From NCBI GenBank assembly GCA_951406725.2, contig OX597818.1, forward strand, positions 66,340,001 through 66,404,000: a stretch of DNA of 64,000 nt, in the 5' to 3' direction. Source of the stretch: Octopus vulgaris. Taxonomy: Eukaryota. How positions within the stretch are numbered: the stretch's first letter is position 1; every line of letters begins with the position of its first letter. The position numbers and the translations under genes are program-made. Of the stretch, positions 1-12,760 are shown one piece after another. The notes beneath the pieces are model-generated. The model did no database searches. It saw only the letters and a program-made list of their open reading frames with translations, and had not been told where the DNA came from.

Positions 1-761
1 CGAATCTATAGCAATTGGAAGGGCGTGACTCAACTGAAATCAACATTAACAACTGTGTGACGTGAGGGCTTAGGAGAAATTAAAGTGTCACCTCTGGGGT
101 TTGCAAATGACTACTAAACTGATACCTAACTGGACAGAATGAATTTACAATCTATAAATGTCTTTGAATAACCAGTCACTCATCTGGGAAAGCCTTAAAA
201 TCAATGTAAGCATCTTTAGACTATGTGAGACCTAGAGATAATAAAAAGACTGAAAGGAGGTCTGCAATCCAAAAACTTTACTCAACACTTTGCAACTGAA
301 TCAGTGGAGGCAATGATGCCTCTCATTTACTTAACAATTTATGAACTATATTGCAGAAATCACAATGTAAGTGTATGTCAAAGCAAACTGTTACATTGCT
401 GTACCATTGAATTAGAAATAATGCCCAACTCTTAGGCTCGGGTGACCCTACAGCTTCCAAGAGCACAACTGTATTCGTTTTTGCTTTGATAAAAGGACAA
501 AATTGTGGGTGTTAAGTCCCCATAGAGCGGTCTTTCTAACTTGTAAGAAGATGACATTTTATAAATGTTACTTCATTTGTGTCTAATATCTATGGTTAAA
601 ATGTCATCAACAGCAAAATTATATGAATTGTCATGGGGGTAATTACCCTTATGCATAGAATATAATTTCCAAATTGCATAACCATCCATTCAGTATATTT
701 GACCTAGTTTTAGATCATAAAAGAAATTACTAAAATTTGGGAGTTAAAGCCCCCATTAGGG

Positions 762-762
<1 letters not shown>

Positions 763-801
<39 letters not shown>

Positions 802-812
802 ATGTGTATGTT

Positions 813-855
<43 letters not shown>

Positions 856-860
856 ATATA

Positions 861-891
<31 letters not shown>
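763..891. repeat. compound (TA)n/(TG)n microsatellite
   Basis: Directly visible dinucleotide runs. Confidence 0.95.
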
Positions 892-899
<8 letters not shown>

Positions 900-1004
900 T
901 GATAGGTAGATAGATATACACACACATACAAAGATAAATTGATAGATACAACTGATTGGGCAAACAAAAATATGAGACATAGCCTAGTGCATTTTTATGT
1001 TGAT

Positions 1005-1185
1005 AAGCCTGGTACTTATTGTATTAGTTTGTTCTTGAGAAACCAGTAAGTTACGTGGATGTAAATAAATGAACAGCAGTTGTGAAGCAGTGATGGGGGC
1101 GAAACACAGACACAAAGATACACACATACACTTGCGTATATACATATATATAAGATTGATTTGTTTCAGTTCCTGTCTACGAAGT
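1005..1185 (-). mobile_element. degraded SINE family A fragment
   Basis: gcctggtacttatt...aaacacagacacaaagatacacaca...tttcagttcc aligns by eye to the minus-strand family A copy at 34244-34656. Confidence 0.65.
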
Positions 1186-1190
1186 CCATA

Positions 1191-2543
1191 TATATTGTTG
1201 CTGGGATCCTTTTTGTCTCGGGTGACAATGGACTTGCGCATAAAATAATCTAGTCCGGATTTTAAGATTTCATGTCCTAATACATCTCCTGCTGTGGCTG
1301 TGTGGTCCTATCCTGGACAAACACTCCCTCTGGCAGGTGCCGCAACTGTAGCGAAGACTTTGCCTGGCAGGTTGTATGTCATGCGTTCTTGTTGACGTCT
1401 TTTCTTGTCTTCCCATTTCCCCTCTCCCTCTATGTCACTCCTTTGTGTTCCCTCTTTTACGGTACGTCGTCAATCTCCACTGTTGCTGGCAAATGCTTCC
1501 CAGTTGCTAATATTGATGTTGCAGGCATTCATGTCCTTTTTGCAAAAATCTTTCGATCGTAAGAACATTCTTCCCACAGACCTAGTGCCCCTAGTTGGCT
1601 CTCCGTAGGGTATGTCCTTTTGGATTCTGCCATCTTCCATACGGCTAACATGACCAAGCCAGTTCATACGTCTTTGCGTGAGGAGTGTAAACATGCTTGG
1701 TACTCCTGCTTGCTTGAGGACATTTTTGTTGGGGACATGATTCTGCCATTTGATGCGAAGAATTTCCCGGAGGCAGCGCAGGTGAAAGATATTTAGGCGA
1801 CGTATGGCGTCGTATGCCGTGTGTATGGCGTCCAAGTCTCATTTCCATACAGTAGAGTGCTAAGTACACATGCCTGGTAAATCTTCATTTTTGTGGTCTT
1901 GGTCAGCTTATTGTTGTCCCATGCCCGTTTGGATAGTTGGGGCATCACAGCAGTTGCCTGCCAATGCGTATCTTGAGCTTAGCATCAAGGGATAGGTTGT
2001 AGGTGACAGTAGAGCTAAGATAGGTAAACTTCTCCACCTCTTGTAGTCTGTGGTCTCCAATATGTATGTTTGGGATGGTCGAAGTAGCCTGACCCATGAT
2101 GTTGGGCTTCTTGAGACTGATAACTAAGCCAAAGTCGCTACAGGCTTGCTCAAAACAGTTGATGAGCCTTTGGAGGGCTTCTTCCGTGTGTGATACCAGA
2201 ACGGCATCTTCAGCAAATAGCACCTCCTTGATCAGGACGCTTCTGAATTTGGTATTGACACGCAGACGCGAGAGATTGAACAGTTTCCCGTCCCTTCTAC
2301 TGTGCTGAAACCCACCATCATCTGATCTCTGAAAGGCATATTACAGCAGCAGCGAGAAGATTCCAAATAATCTAGGATCAAGGGCACAAACTTGCTTTAC
2401 CCGGTTTTTCATTTGGAAGGCAGTTGATGTTAAACCATTGTGTGTATGGTGCCTTGCATATCATCATGGAAAGATTTGATGATTCTCAGCAGTTTTGGTG
2501 GACATCCGATTTTTTAAAGCAGGATGAAAAGGCCTTTTCTCTC
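1191..2543 (-). mobile_element. RTE-clade LINE, 3' half (RT C-terminal part, C-terminal domain, 3' UTR); pseudogenised
   Basis: Minus frames: RKGLFILL*KIGCPPKLLRIIKSFHDDMQG, VKQVCALDPRLF (GVKQGCVLAP-like), MLFAEDAVLV (LFADD), EVEKFTYLSS, FHLRCLREILRIKWQNHVPN, WLGHVSRMEDGRIQK, CGTCQRECLSRIGPHSHSRRC*. RTE-type 3' end tccattgtcacccgagacaaaaaggatcccagcaacaa. Stops and frameshifts are present. Confidence 0.92.
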
Positions 2544-4340
2544 TCAAATACCTTAATGATATGAGAGGTGAGTGAGATTGGACGGTAATTCACGGCAAGC
2601 GATTTGTTTCCTTTTTTGAAAACTGGGACAACAGACTGGGATAGAAGTTCTTCTGGTATATATCCAGCATCCAGTGAGTTCCGCCACAGATTGGCTAGAG
2701 GGGATGCAAGTTGGTTTTGACACATCTTCAGGACACAAGCAGGGAACCTATCGGGACCTACTGCTGAATTATGCTACCTTTCCTTTATTGCTGCTAAGAC
2801 ATCAGGAGCGTCAAAGGTTATGTCCGATGAGGTGTATTGGGGAGTAACATCACTGATACAGCCCAGATCAGTCATATCAGGATTGCTGAAAACAGAGCAA
2901 TATTGTTTCTGCAATATCTCTCCCATGTTTTTGGCATTGTCTTGAAGAGTACCATTTTCATCAATCAGTGGGCCAACAGTAGAACCAGTGACTCTGTGTT
3001 TTTTTGCAAATGAAAAGAACACTTTGGGATTGAGTTTGATCTTCTCAATGGCCCAGACCTCTTCGGCTCTTCTCTGACTATTTATGATAGATATCATGTT
3101 GTTTTGGAGTTTATGTATTTTAATCTCTAGAGACGAGAGGGCAGTCAGGTGGGTGTGTTGCTGTTGACAGTATTTCAGCTTGTTGATTTTTTTGTTAATA
3201 CTTCTAATTTTCCTGATGAGAGATTTTATATTTCTAGGGATTCGACACTTAGATTTATTTGCAGATCTTAATGGGGTGTGTTTTGCACATATGTTCGTAA
3301 TGGTGTCTACAAATGACTGCCAGTACTTTTTGATGTTTTTGTTGTTAGTGGGTGTGTATGTGTGCGTGAAGGACCAATCGACTTGTGCAAGATCATTATA
3401 GATCGCTTCCCAGTTTGCATTGTGGAAATCCATAGTGTCAAGTGGATGAACAGGAGGGATGACATTTGTTTTGCATTTTGGCCGTTGAAATCTCAGATCA
3501 CAGAGAACCATCTCATGATCAGAGAGTAGGGTTTTCTCCACTGCAATATTGTGGATAGTATCAGTGTGATTGCTGAAAATTAAGTCTAAGATGTTTTTGT
3601 GACATCTCGTTGGATCGAGCACCAGTTGGGACAGGAAAAAATCCTCCATGAAGTCAAGACGCGATTCCACTGCCTCCCTGTCTGGCGTTGAGAGAGAAGA
3701 ACTTGTCGGCAGAATGTTTGTAGACCAGTCAACCCCAGGAAGGTTGAAGTCTCCCATCATTAAAATGTTGTCAGATTGACACTGCTGAATGAAACACTTT
3801 ATGTTGTTGAGGCATTCCTTGAAGCATGGTAGGGGCGTTTGGGTGGTCTGTAGAGCCCAGCTACTGTTAAGTTGTTGGTTTGACTGAATACAGCGACTGC
3901 TTCGCAGTATCCATTGGAAAATATGTTCATAGCTCCTGTTGAGTATGAATCATGAACATAAATGGCAGTCCCACCCTTTCTTCTGCCAGCACGATCAGTA
4001 CGAATGGCTTTGGAATTGTTAACTTTCACCTCGGCTTCCAAGTGGAGGTTACTAAGATGGGTTTCAGAGAGGACGAAGAAAGGGATGTGGTTTGGATAGG
4101 CCTCGACCCAGTCCTCCAGGAATCTTATCTTCCATTTTTGAGTATTGGTGGAAGGGCTGATGCCTTGGGCATTAAGCAAAAATGTTGAGGCGAGAGTGGA
4201 TGGTTTTAATTGTTTTGGTGATTTGTTTATTTGATTGCTTTTTAATGGCATGTGCAGTGGGGTGATAGTGGTGGATGTTAGTGGGTGATAGCACGGATGT
4301 TGTTTTCCAGTTCTTTTGCTAGATTCATTTCGGAAACTGT
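2540..4340 (-). mobile_element. CR1-like LINE ORF2 relic: APE endonuclease, linker and start of RT
   Basis: LLNAQGI, LSETHL, RTDRAGRRKGGTAIYV, GLYRPP, MMGDFNLPGVDW, NILDLIFSN, SDHEMV; NPKVFFSFAK; VVPVFKKGNKSLAVNYRPISLTSHIIKVFER (ORFs 3799-4344, 2774-3760, 2486-2725). Frameshifted. Confidence 0.9.
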
Positions 4341-4741
4341 CCAAATCTTTGATTCGAAGTTTTGGGGATGCGACTACTTAGAGTGTTATCGTTGATGCTT
4401 AAATTCAGTCCTACGCTATCATAGCACTTACACTCAACGCGTCTGCTATAGAAATCCTGTGTTGTTTTACTGGTAAGGTTTTTGGACAGCTGGTACAATG
4501 CTGTAGGCAATACTGAATGCGCGGACTCAGTTCCAAACAATGGCTGCTGTGACATTTAATCCTGGTAAATTGTGTTATCGTGTACGCTGTTTTGTCTTGG
4601 TATAAAGGATACGCTACAACAAATTTTCTGCGCTATACCACAGATTTACTTGTCAGTTGTTTGACCATAACTAGTCGAAAACGCTCCTTTGTGGCTGACG
4701 AAATGTTCATCTTTGGTCATGAGCAGAAATAGAACGAGAGA

Positions 4742-4903
4742 TTCATATGTCTTAGAGGTTTAAGAGCACAAAATTCTAACCCCAAGATTCCGAGTTCGAT
4801 TCCAGGAGGTGACATGAATAATAATAATAATGATAATGATAAAGATAATGATAATAATAATAATAATAAGAAGAAGAAAAAGACAAAGAACAACAACAAC
4901 AAC
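4742..4903 (+). mobile_element. SINE family D 5' part (tRNA-like head plus AAT tract)
   Basis: gtcttagaggttaagagc...caagattccgagttcgattccaggaggtgacatgaataataat matches the head at 52170-52250; A/B-box-like motifs. Confidence 0.7.
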
Positions 4904-5842
4904 GAGAGTCACAAAAATTAAAATTATAATACTTTCAGGAGATATATTTAAACTACAAGTGCCAAGTTGTAAATAATGGAAAAATTCATGTTCAACGTCT
5001 AGTGTATATTGAATTTATAAATATATTATTCAGTTAACCTAGTTTTAAGTTTCTTTGCATCACTTACGTGACCATATCTATTACCTGACCACATCTATTA
5101 CATTTATCTGTTTCTATCACGTGTTACAGATGTGAATATTCTTTGTGTATACTAAAAGAGAAAAAAATCACACCGGAATATTACTTCCCCTAATGCTTAA
5201 AATTATTACATGTCATTGAGATTCTTTTACATATGTATGTAATATAATTTTGGTGTGTGTGTAAAGAAAAGAAGACACATTCGCTCAAAGACATAGAATA
5301 TCTCTTCCAGAACAGAGATGCCATGTAAGTGTTTCAGTCTTTGTTCACAAGATTCTTTAGGAACGATATATTGCGTAACGAAAACGATTTTCCTGTGATT
5401 ATTAAGTACATTGTGTCGGAAAATGTAAACCCACTGTGAATATTTGTTAAAATTACATGCAATTGTTTCTTAGCTTAGAGCAGAATCTATTACTCTATGT
5501 AACTACGTATTTGTAGGTATCCTGTCCACCATACACCATTGGTTTTTAATGTCCAACAAGTTATCGACGTTCAAAACACTTTACTGTAAATGTTTCTTCT
5601 GAATGTGCAAATCATGTCTAGTAATGTGTATGTATTATTATAGATGTTGCAGTCGCCCAGTTAAGTTAGTAACTGATGATAGAATCAACATTTTAATGTT
5701 GAGATTGGTTTTAGCAAAATCTGGTGGATGAAATCTAAATGGACCTCCTGTTAGCATACGAAACGCCAATACAAATATATCATACATACAAATAAATATA
5801 TAAATGATATTGAAATATTATATATATCTCACATAAAGTACA

Positions 5843-5995
5843 AGGCTGTGATGGTTAGAAGTTCGCTTTGCAATCACTTGGTGTAGCATCCATTCATACT
5901 GTACAACACTTGATAAATTGTGTTTTATTGTAGCCTCTCATTGACCAATAATTTATCAAAATATTTGATTGGAAGAAATTCTAAGGAAACCCATA
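5843..5995 (+). mobile_element. highly degraded SINE family A head
   Basis: ggctgtgatggttagaagttcgctttgcaatcac...ggaagaaattctaaggaaaccc resembles 18448-18600. Confidence 0.5.
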
Positions 5996-6409
5996 ATATA
6001 TTTACGGCAAATGTGTGCTTCCGTTGTGTTTTGTCATTACAAAAGGAAACTGCGAATACGCAGAATCCATGTGCTGTTCAATAAATGGGGTCTTGTGGTG
6101 TGAATGAAATTTTGAGGATGTAATAGTAGTATTAAGTAGATAGAGAGGAGAGAATAATGTGTATGTTAAAATGAGAAGTGTCAAAATATGAGGGGGAAAT
6201 ATGTAAAAAAAAGAAGAAATGAAAGAATGTTGGAGCGAAAATGTAAACAAAATAAAGGAGTGTTTGTTGGTGATCAAAATATTATGAGGGGGATGGAAGA
6301 GATAAGAATGTAAGGAAGGAATGTATATGAGTGAACAGTGGGAGTTGGGCCGATATGTTTGAAAGCCACCAAGGTGGAGTGATGGTACAGTAAATGAGAC
6401 AGGGCGTTA

Positions 6410-7610
6410 CTAAATTTATTTTAATATGGGGTAGGATTGCCTTTGGCAGTAACTGCAGCTTCAATTCTACGAGGTATTGACTCATACAAAGTTTGAAGTG
6501 TTTCTAAAGAAATTGTTGTCTATTCTTCAGCTAAAAGAGTCTCCAGTTCTTGTAGTGATGATGGTGGAGGATATCGAGTACTTGTTTTTCTAAAATGCAC
6601 CATAAATGTTCAATGATATTGAGAACTGTGGAGTGTGGTGGCCAGATAAGATGTTCAACTTCACTAGAATGTTCCTCGTACCTTACAGTAATAAATTTAG
6701 CTGTGTGAATTGGTGCATTATCATCCTGACAGATTGTATTTCCCACCGGAAACAGTTCCTCAAATATAGGATGAATTTATTCAGACAAAATGCTTAACTT
6801 ATCTTGACTATTAATTCTACAATGAAGCGAAACCATTGGGACGGCGGATTTCCACACACCCAGACCATCAGAGATCCTCCTCTAGGTTTAATAGTTGGAA
6901 GAAGGCAGCCCGGGTCAAAGGCTCCCTTCAGCTGTCTCCACACATATCCTCGCCCGGTGGTCGGAAATAGAGCAAAGGATAATTCGTCTGAGAAAATAAC
7001 ATTCTTCCACTGCTCTAGGGACAGATTCTGTAGGATTTTACTTCACTCTAAATGCTTTGCATCGTTTGTTTTTAAAAATAGTGGTTTTCTAATTGCAGCT
7101 CTCCTGCGTAATCCGGCTTTGTGCAGCTCCAGACGAACAGGTTTTGTGGAAACCTTGTTCTGGAGATAGTCATTAAGCTCTGCAGTAACTTTGGAATCTG
7201 TACTTGTGTGATCATGTCCTACAATTCGCGTAAGAGTCCGACGATCCCTATCTGAATGTTTTGGGTTACTTCCGGTGATTTGTTTTGATGGGAAGGTTTT
7301 TCCCTCTTTCTCAAAGGCTGTTATTACTTCCGAGACAGTACATTTTGATACACCATACATTTCGGCTGTTTTCGTTACGCTAGCGCCTGCCATACGAGCA
7401 TCATCCATTTGGCCTCTTTGAAAGTCCGATTGGATTTTAATAACCCTTTTCTGGTGATATCTGGAGGAAACAGCAATTTTAACAAAACATATTAAGCAAC
7501 ACTAATAAATCAAAAAATGTAAAAATAAACAAGCTTTTGACGGTTTTATAGATATTTCGAAATTATGATGCTATGATGCTAGGTATTTCCATTATTTTGT
7601 CGAACCACTG
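6410..7610 (-). mobile_element. Tc1-like DNA transposon relic (D..D36E spacing); one TIR retained
   Basis: HTH region ARMAGASVTKTAEMYGVSKCTVS..., RAAIRKP (ORF 7043-7408); VIFSDELSF; GGSLMVW; QDDNAPIH...WPPHSTVLNIIEHLW. Terminus cagtggttcgacaaaataatggaaatacc on the minus strand at 7582-7610; no second TIR recognisable. Confidence 0.9.
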
Positions 7611-7829
7611 CGAGTATATATATATATATATATATAAGCACCAAAAATTATTTTACCGTTAGTGAAGTGTATGTTAGTTAAAATATATTTCAACTAATGA
7701 AGTCATATTCGCTGCAGTTATGGTGGAGAGACTATTATCTAATACGATAAATGACAGTGTAAAAACACCAAATTGTCCTGTTCTTGTTACTTGCCAGATT
7801 CCAAGACATGGATGTTACTAGCTTATGAG

Positions 7830-7972
7830 GGGCTTTTTCTTTCAGCTTCTGCGCATCAAATCCACTCACAATCAGGACTATAGTCGATGACGGTTGCCCA
7901 GGGATCCGCGCAGTCGGACGGAATCTTGAACCACGTAGTCTGGAAGCATAATTCTTCCCTCCCAGCCCCACG
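7830..7972 (-). mobile_element. degraded SINE family A head
   Basis: tctttcagcttc...aaatccactcacaa...ttgcccaggg...aaccacgtagtctggaagc is the reverse-complement similar to the family A head. Confidence 0.65.
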
Positions 7973-8477
7973 TGATCCTCTAAGCGTTTCTTTTGCTTTA
8001 GAATCAAAACTGAAAAATAGATGTGCCTTAACTTAAAGATTACACATTTTTGTGGGTAGCTGTATGGCAGTGTTACAGAATAGATTTTTTTTTAAATCAC
8101 AAAACATCAATATAAAAAATTCCTATGCCCAAACACTGAAAGTTAACGATCGTGTTTAATATAATGTTATACAGAAAAGAGATTAAAATACACATCATCG
8201 ATTTTGACAGTTTAGCTTTCAAGGCCTACAGAAGGGGATTTTAATGGTTTTCGAAAACTCCTCAGTGATAGATGTAACTTAATGATTCATAAACACATGT
8301 TCTATTGTAAACCGCATCAGGAGAAGGAAAGCCATTAAAATACAAGTAACATTGTGATTTACTGTTCTGGAATTTTTAAGTTTGTTTCTGTGATATTTCT
8401 AAAACAGATCTGAATGCGTCTACATATTACGCACGAATAAAGCCGTGCATTAGATTGGAACTCAGAACAAAATTTGA

Positions 8478-8599
8478 GTTAGACTGGAAGAATGAAAGGG
8501 AAAGACGCCCTCGGCGGAATTTGAACACAGTACATAAAGACTAACGAAATAGAGCTAAGCATTCTAACCCCGAGCTAAAGCTTCTGCTTGCTCGCCACC
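8478..8599 (-). mobile_element. SINE family B fragment
   Basis: gaatgaaagggaaagacgccctcggcggaatttgaac...gctaagcatt...ctgcttgctcgcc is reverse-similar to 37342-37557. Confidence 0.7.
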
Positions 8600-11172
8600 C
8601 CCACGAATCAATAAGACCCTCTCCTGTTTAATCACTGATATACATTTACTGCATCCATTAGTTTCGAATATTTCGTCTAAACACAGACATAAGAAATAAG
8701 TGAGTAACTTATGTAAGTCTCTACGAAGACGAGATTGTAAATGTACGAATTAGCTTCGAGATTTGATCTTGGATGTGTATTTTTTTTCATTTATGGACTT
8801 TGGTCAACTTATACATAGACCTTCTATGGACAAATACACAATAGTTGATACTTGCAATATCACGTGACGCTTTATGAATTCTTGATAACAATTTGATTTT
8901 TGACAGATTACTCACTAATCGTTCATAATCTTATTTCCAGTCTTCAACTTTATTTCCTAATATAGTTTCTAACATTCTGATATTTAACATATGGAATTTA
9001 TGTAAAATATGGTAGTAATTATGCAACGAATCGTGATCAGCATACCTATCACTACAGTCTTATACACAATCTATATATACATAAATAATATATTTCTTTC
9101 AGTGTATTATTCCCAACGTTCGCTAAATGTTATGAATAGGAGGACAGGATATTTATTTGATTACAATGACTCATTGTAAGAATCAGTAACGTTCATAGAC
9201 TGAATACAAATAACAGACAAAATGTATTTTGAAGACAGCAGATAAAGCGGAAAATATTAAATAACAGAAGGTATAACAGCAAGAAATAAAAGTGTTGCTC
9301 AAATCGATATGGTATACTACATGATGAGTGGACAAAACATGTACAAATGAAAAATAATTTGAAACTTAGACTATTACGGTGCTAGCTTAACTAATTACTG
9401 CTTTAAATGCAGTTTATAAGAGCTGTTGATTTGGTAAGGTAAATTAGTAGCCCTAAACGAATGCTGAATTAATATGTTAGGAGACCATTGGGTTCTGTCT
9501 TTTTCTTTCCGAACAATAACGATATAAATGCTATATGTTTACGTTAAATTGAATCCACATAAAAGCTTTATAATATTGAAATCTATACACAGCTACTTTC
9601 TCTCAAACACATGCTTATTCAAGCTGAATTATCATCTACACTACACATTACATATATTACTACACGATTACATAATTACATATAAAAACAACCGTGTGAC
9701 TACGCTCACAGAAATCTAAATATGCATCCATGCAAATATTTGCTCTATGTCTAAATTCCTGAACCTTTAACAATTAACTTTGTATAGCTTTACTTTTAAG
9801 TATTCTCTTAACTAGAAATGCATCTATACTCAATCATAACCATGTGGTTTTATTTATTATAACTGAATGTTTCATGTAGGTTTTATAGAAAGTATAGCTT
9901 CATACGCGCATTCGGAAATAAAGCGAATTATATTTGATAATAAAATACCTCATCTGATTTTCGCTCGCTATAATATTTTAGATAAAGTGATTCTTTGAAG
10001 GATTGTAAATACAGTTGGTATATACACGAGCATTGGACTTCAAAGTAGGTTTATATGCATAAAATATTTGATGTGAGAATCGCTGTTTCAAGAAGTCCAT
10101 AAGAGGTTTCTTCAATTCTATTTAGGAATAACTTTGATGTCTATTATAGCAAGTGTATATTACTACATTATTTTAAAATCCAAATATTTTTTATGGAATG
10201 CAATTTCAACGAAAATCACAAGGCCTCCATATCTGAAATGCAGACATCTAATATATTAAATATGTTCCGCTGTAACCAGTATACTGCTTAAAAGTGCTAC
10301 ATTTATGTTACCAAGAATATGAAACAAGAGCGTATGTCATGTATATTTTATAATATTTATTGAAAGTAATGAAATATTATCACTATCTTCAGTAACTGCA
10401 CTTTTCTCTATAGTGTTGTCGTGTGGAGAACTCTCTCTTAGCGTGGTTTTGAATATAAACGCAATAAAAATAATGTTTGTACGCAAATCTTCACAAGTGC
10501 ATTCAATACATAAATAATGTCTGCGTTGAAAATGTTAACTTTTTTTGTCAATTTGCAAATTGCGGGCTTTTATCGAGGAAGAACATTCCATATGTATTTC
10601 ATTTCTTGTTCCACGCAGACGTTATCTTGTAATACAATATCTGTTCCCATAATCATTTGAACATATGATATGTAGAACACTTGTCTGACATGTACAGACT
10701 AGACCGTAAAACACCGATTCATTACTCGTAAATTCATCAAAAGAGATTCATATGTTTACAAGCCACATTCAGGTTACCCTCAAATGAATAATATATAATA
10801 TACAGCACTTGTTTATCTCTACTCATCACGTTGTTGTCTTAATATATAATACGATAACAAGAATAGCACAAAATACATTGGGGTACTATATTTTCAGAAA
10901 CACTCGCCCGCACATATATTGATATACACAAGCCCAGTACATATAAATGTCTCCATAGACACAAACATGAGGGGCAGATGCCGCTATCGATGCAGTCATG
11001 GGCCCCACGCAAATACATGCATTTCTACAAAAGCATACCCTCACACACATATACACCCATACCTATACTCACCTACATACATATACACATGAATATATGT
11101 ACATATATCTACATTTTGATTACACATAAGTTTATTGATGTGCAAATGTCCATTCATGCCTGTACCGACAGA

Positions 11173-11180
<8 letters not shown>

Positions 11181-11241
<61 letters not shown>

Positions 11242-11359
11242 CTTCCATTCTCTGGATCTTTCTTTCTCCTATGTTTCCGATGAAGACCGTCCAATAATAC
11301 CATATTTATTCCACGTCCTCGCATTGTTGTGTTTTTTGTGTTTTCTTGTTTGGATTAAT

Positions 11360-11450
<91 letters not shown>
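11181..11450. repeat. (TA)n(TG)n tracts flanking a short repeat relic
   Basis: Two TA/TG runs bracket about 120 bp (11241-11360). Confidence 0.85.
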
Positions 11451-11451
<1 letters not shown>

Positions 11452-11453
<2 letters not shown>

Positions 11454-11610
11454 ACGAAAATAGGACAAGGTACAAAATGCTAAAATATTTTCATCATGAA
11501 GAACGTTTTAGAACCGGTTTCAGTTTGAAACTTTTTCAACTATTAGAAAACAACTCTACTGTGGAAAAATTAAATGAAATATCTAAAAAAAAAAAATATT
11601 TGCATAGCTT
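11452..11610 (-). mobile_element. AT-rich repeat with minimal hammerhead motif (U3:A8 core), copy 1
   Basis: Similar to 21850-22010. Minus strand reads tag-TTGAAAA-agtt tca aact-GAAACCGGTT-cta (11505-11546). Confidence 0.6.
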
Positions 11611-11729
11611 TCAAATACAAGGGATATTCTTTTCTCTCTCTCTGTCTCTCTCTCTGTCTTTTATTCTTGTGAGTTCTAGTGTCGTAAGCAGCAGGTACTT
11701 TGATATGAATTGTTGTATTTGATTGTTTC

Positions 11730-11855
11730 AGCAGCAGTAGTAGTAGAGAAAGAAGCTGAAGAAGAAGAAGAAGAAGAAGAAGAAGAAGGAGGAGGAGGAG
11801 GTGGTGGTGGAGGAGGAGGAGGAAAAGGATGTGGAGATGAAAAAGAAGAAGAATG
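11730..11855. repeat. (GAA)n/(GGA)n compound microsatellite
   Basis: Directly visible. Confidence 0.9.
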
Positions 11856-12086
11856 CAGGAATGGTATGACAGAAGCAGGATGTTGGTGAAATCTTCTCAA
11901 ATGGTCAAGTGATCTAAAAGTGATTGGAATTGTTCTGAATAAATTTATGTGAAGTGACTGTTTCGAATATATCCTTTTTAATATTTACGTGTATATTATT
12001 CTAAGGTCCTGGTGATAGTGTCATTTGTGGTGGATGCATTCAAAAGGGGCTTATATTTTGTGATAAAGAATTTAAACATATACTAT

Positions 12087-12760
12087 GTGACCCTAACACG
12101 ACACCTAACATGCTAGAAGGAGCAGTCAAAATCCAAACCACGGTTATGGGTAATTTCGAATGGAATGAAAAATAAAAGAACATTTACCATATTTTGTTAC
12201 CGGACCATGGTTTCGAACTTTAATTAGCCAAAAAATAATTTGCTAGGCGAAGTTCTCATCAGCGGGTACGCCATATAATTATGAGGTAAAATAGCACATG
12301 TCTCGTTTTATGTATTATAATTTTTAAAATCCACCGCGCAAGCGCAGTTTTTGTCGGTATCAAATAAAGATGTCAACTTACTCTAAAATTACTAAAATCA
12401 TATTAGGAAAAATATACAGGGTAGAAATATTATAGAAATGTTTCTACCAGTGGCTTAGCATGCCGAAAATAGCCAAAAGACTATAGATTATTCATATAAA
12501 GTTAGTATACATTTAAACACACAAGAGGTGACCTCCAACAGGACACCTAACAAGCTAGAAGGAGCAGTCGAGATCCAAACCATGGTTAGGGGTTATTTCG
12601 GGGGGAATATAAAAAATAAAAACTACATTTACCATATTCTGTTACCGGACCATGTTTTCAAACTTTTAGCATTAAATAAAATAATTTGCTAGGCGAAATT
12701 CTCATCAGCGGGTACGCCAAACATTAACATAACTATGAGGCAAAATAGTACGTGCCTCGT
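12087..12760. repeat. diverged direct repeat, two ~220-230 bp copies (12087-12307 and 12528-12760)
   Basis: Shared blocks: gacacctaaca.gctagaaggagcagtc, catttaccatatt.tgttaccggaccatg, ataatttgctaggcgaa.ttctcatcagcgggtacgcca. Confidence 0.9.

Noticed and set aside
2774-3760. 328-aa ORF as a host gene
   Set aside because: It is a LINE endonuclease/linker segment bounded by frameshifts.
6000-6400. Purine-rich segment as a Penelope or other retroelement relic (also the pyrimidine-rich 30250-30500)
   Set aside because: Strand bias only; no protein or ribozyme motif could be read.
12250-12270. CTGATGA on the minus strand in both direct-repeat copies as a hammerhead
   Set aside because: No stem II plus GAAA half or stem I/III pairing follows.
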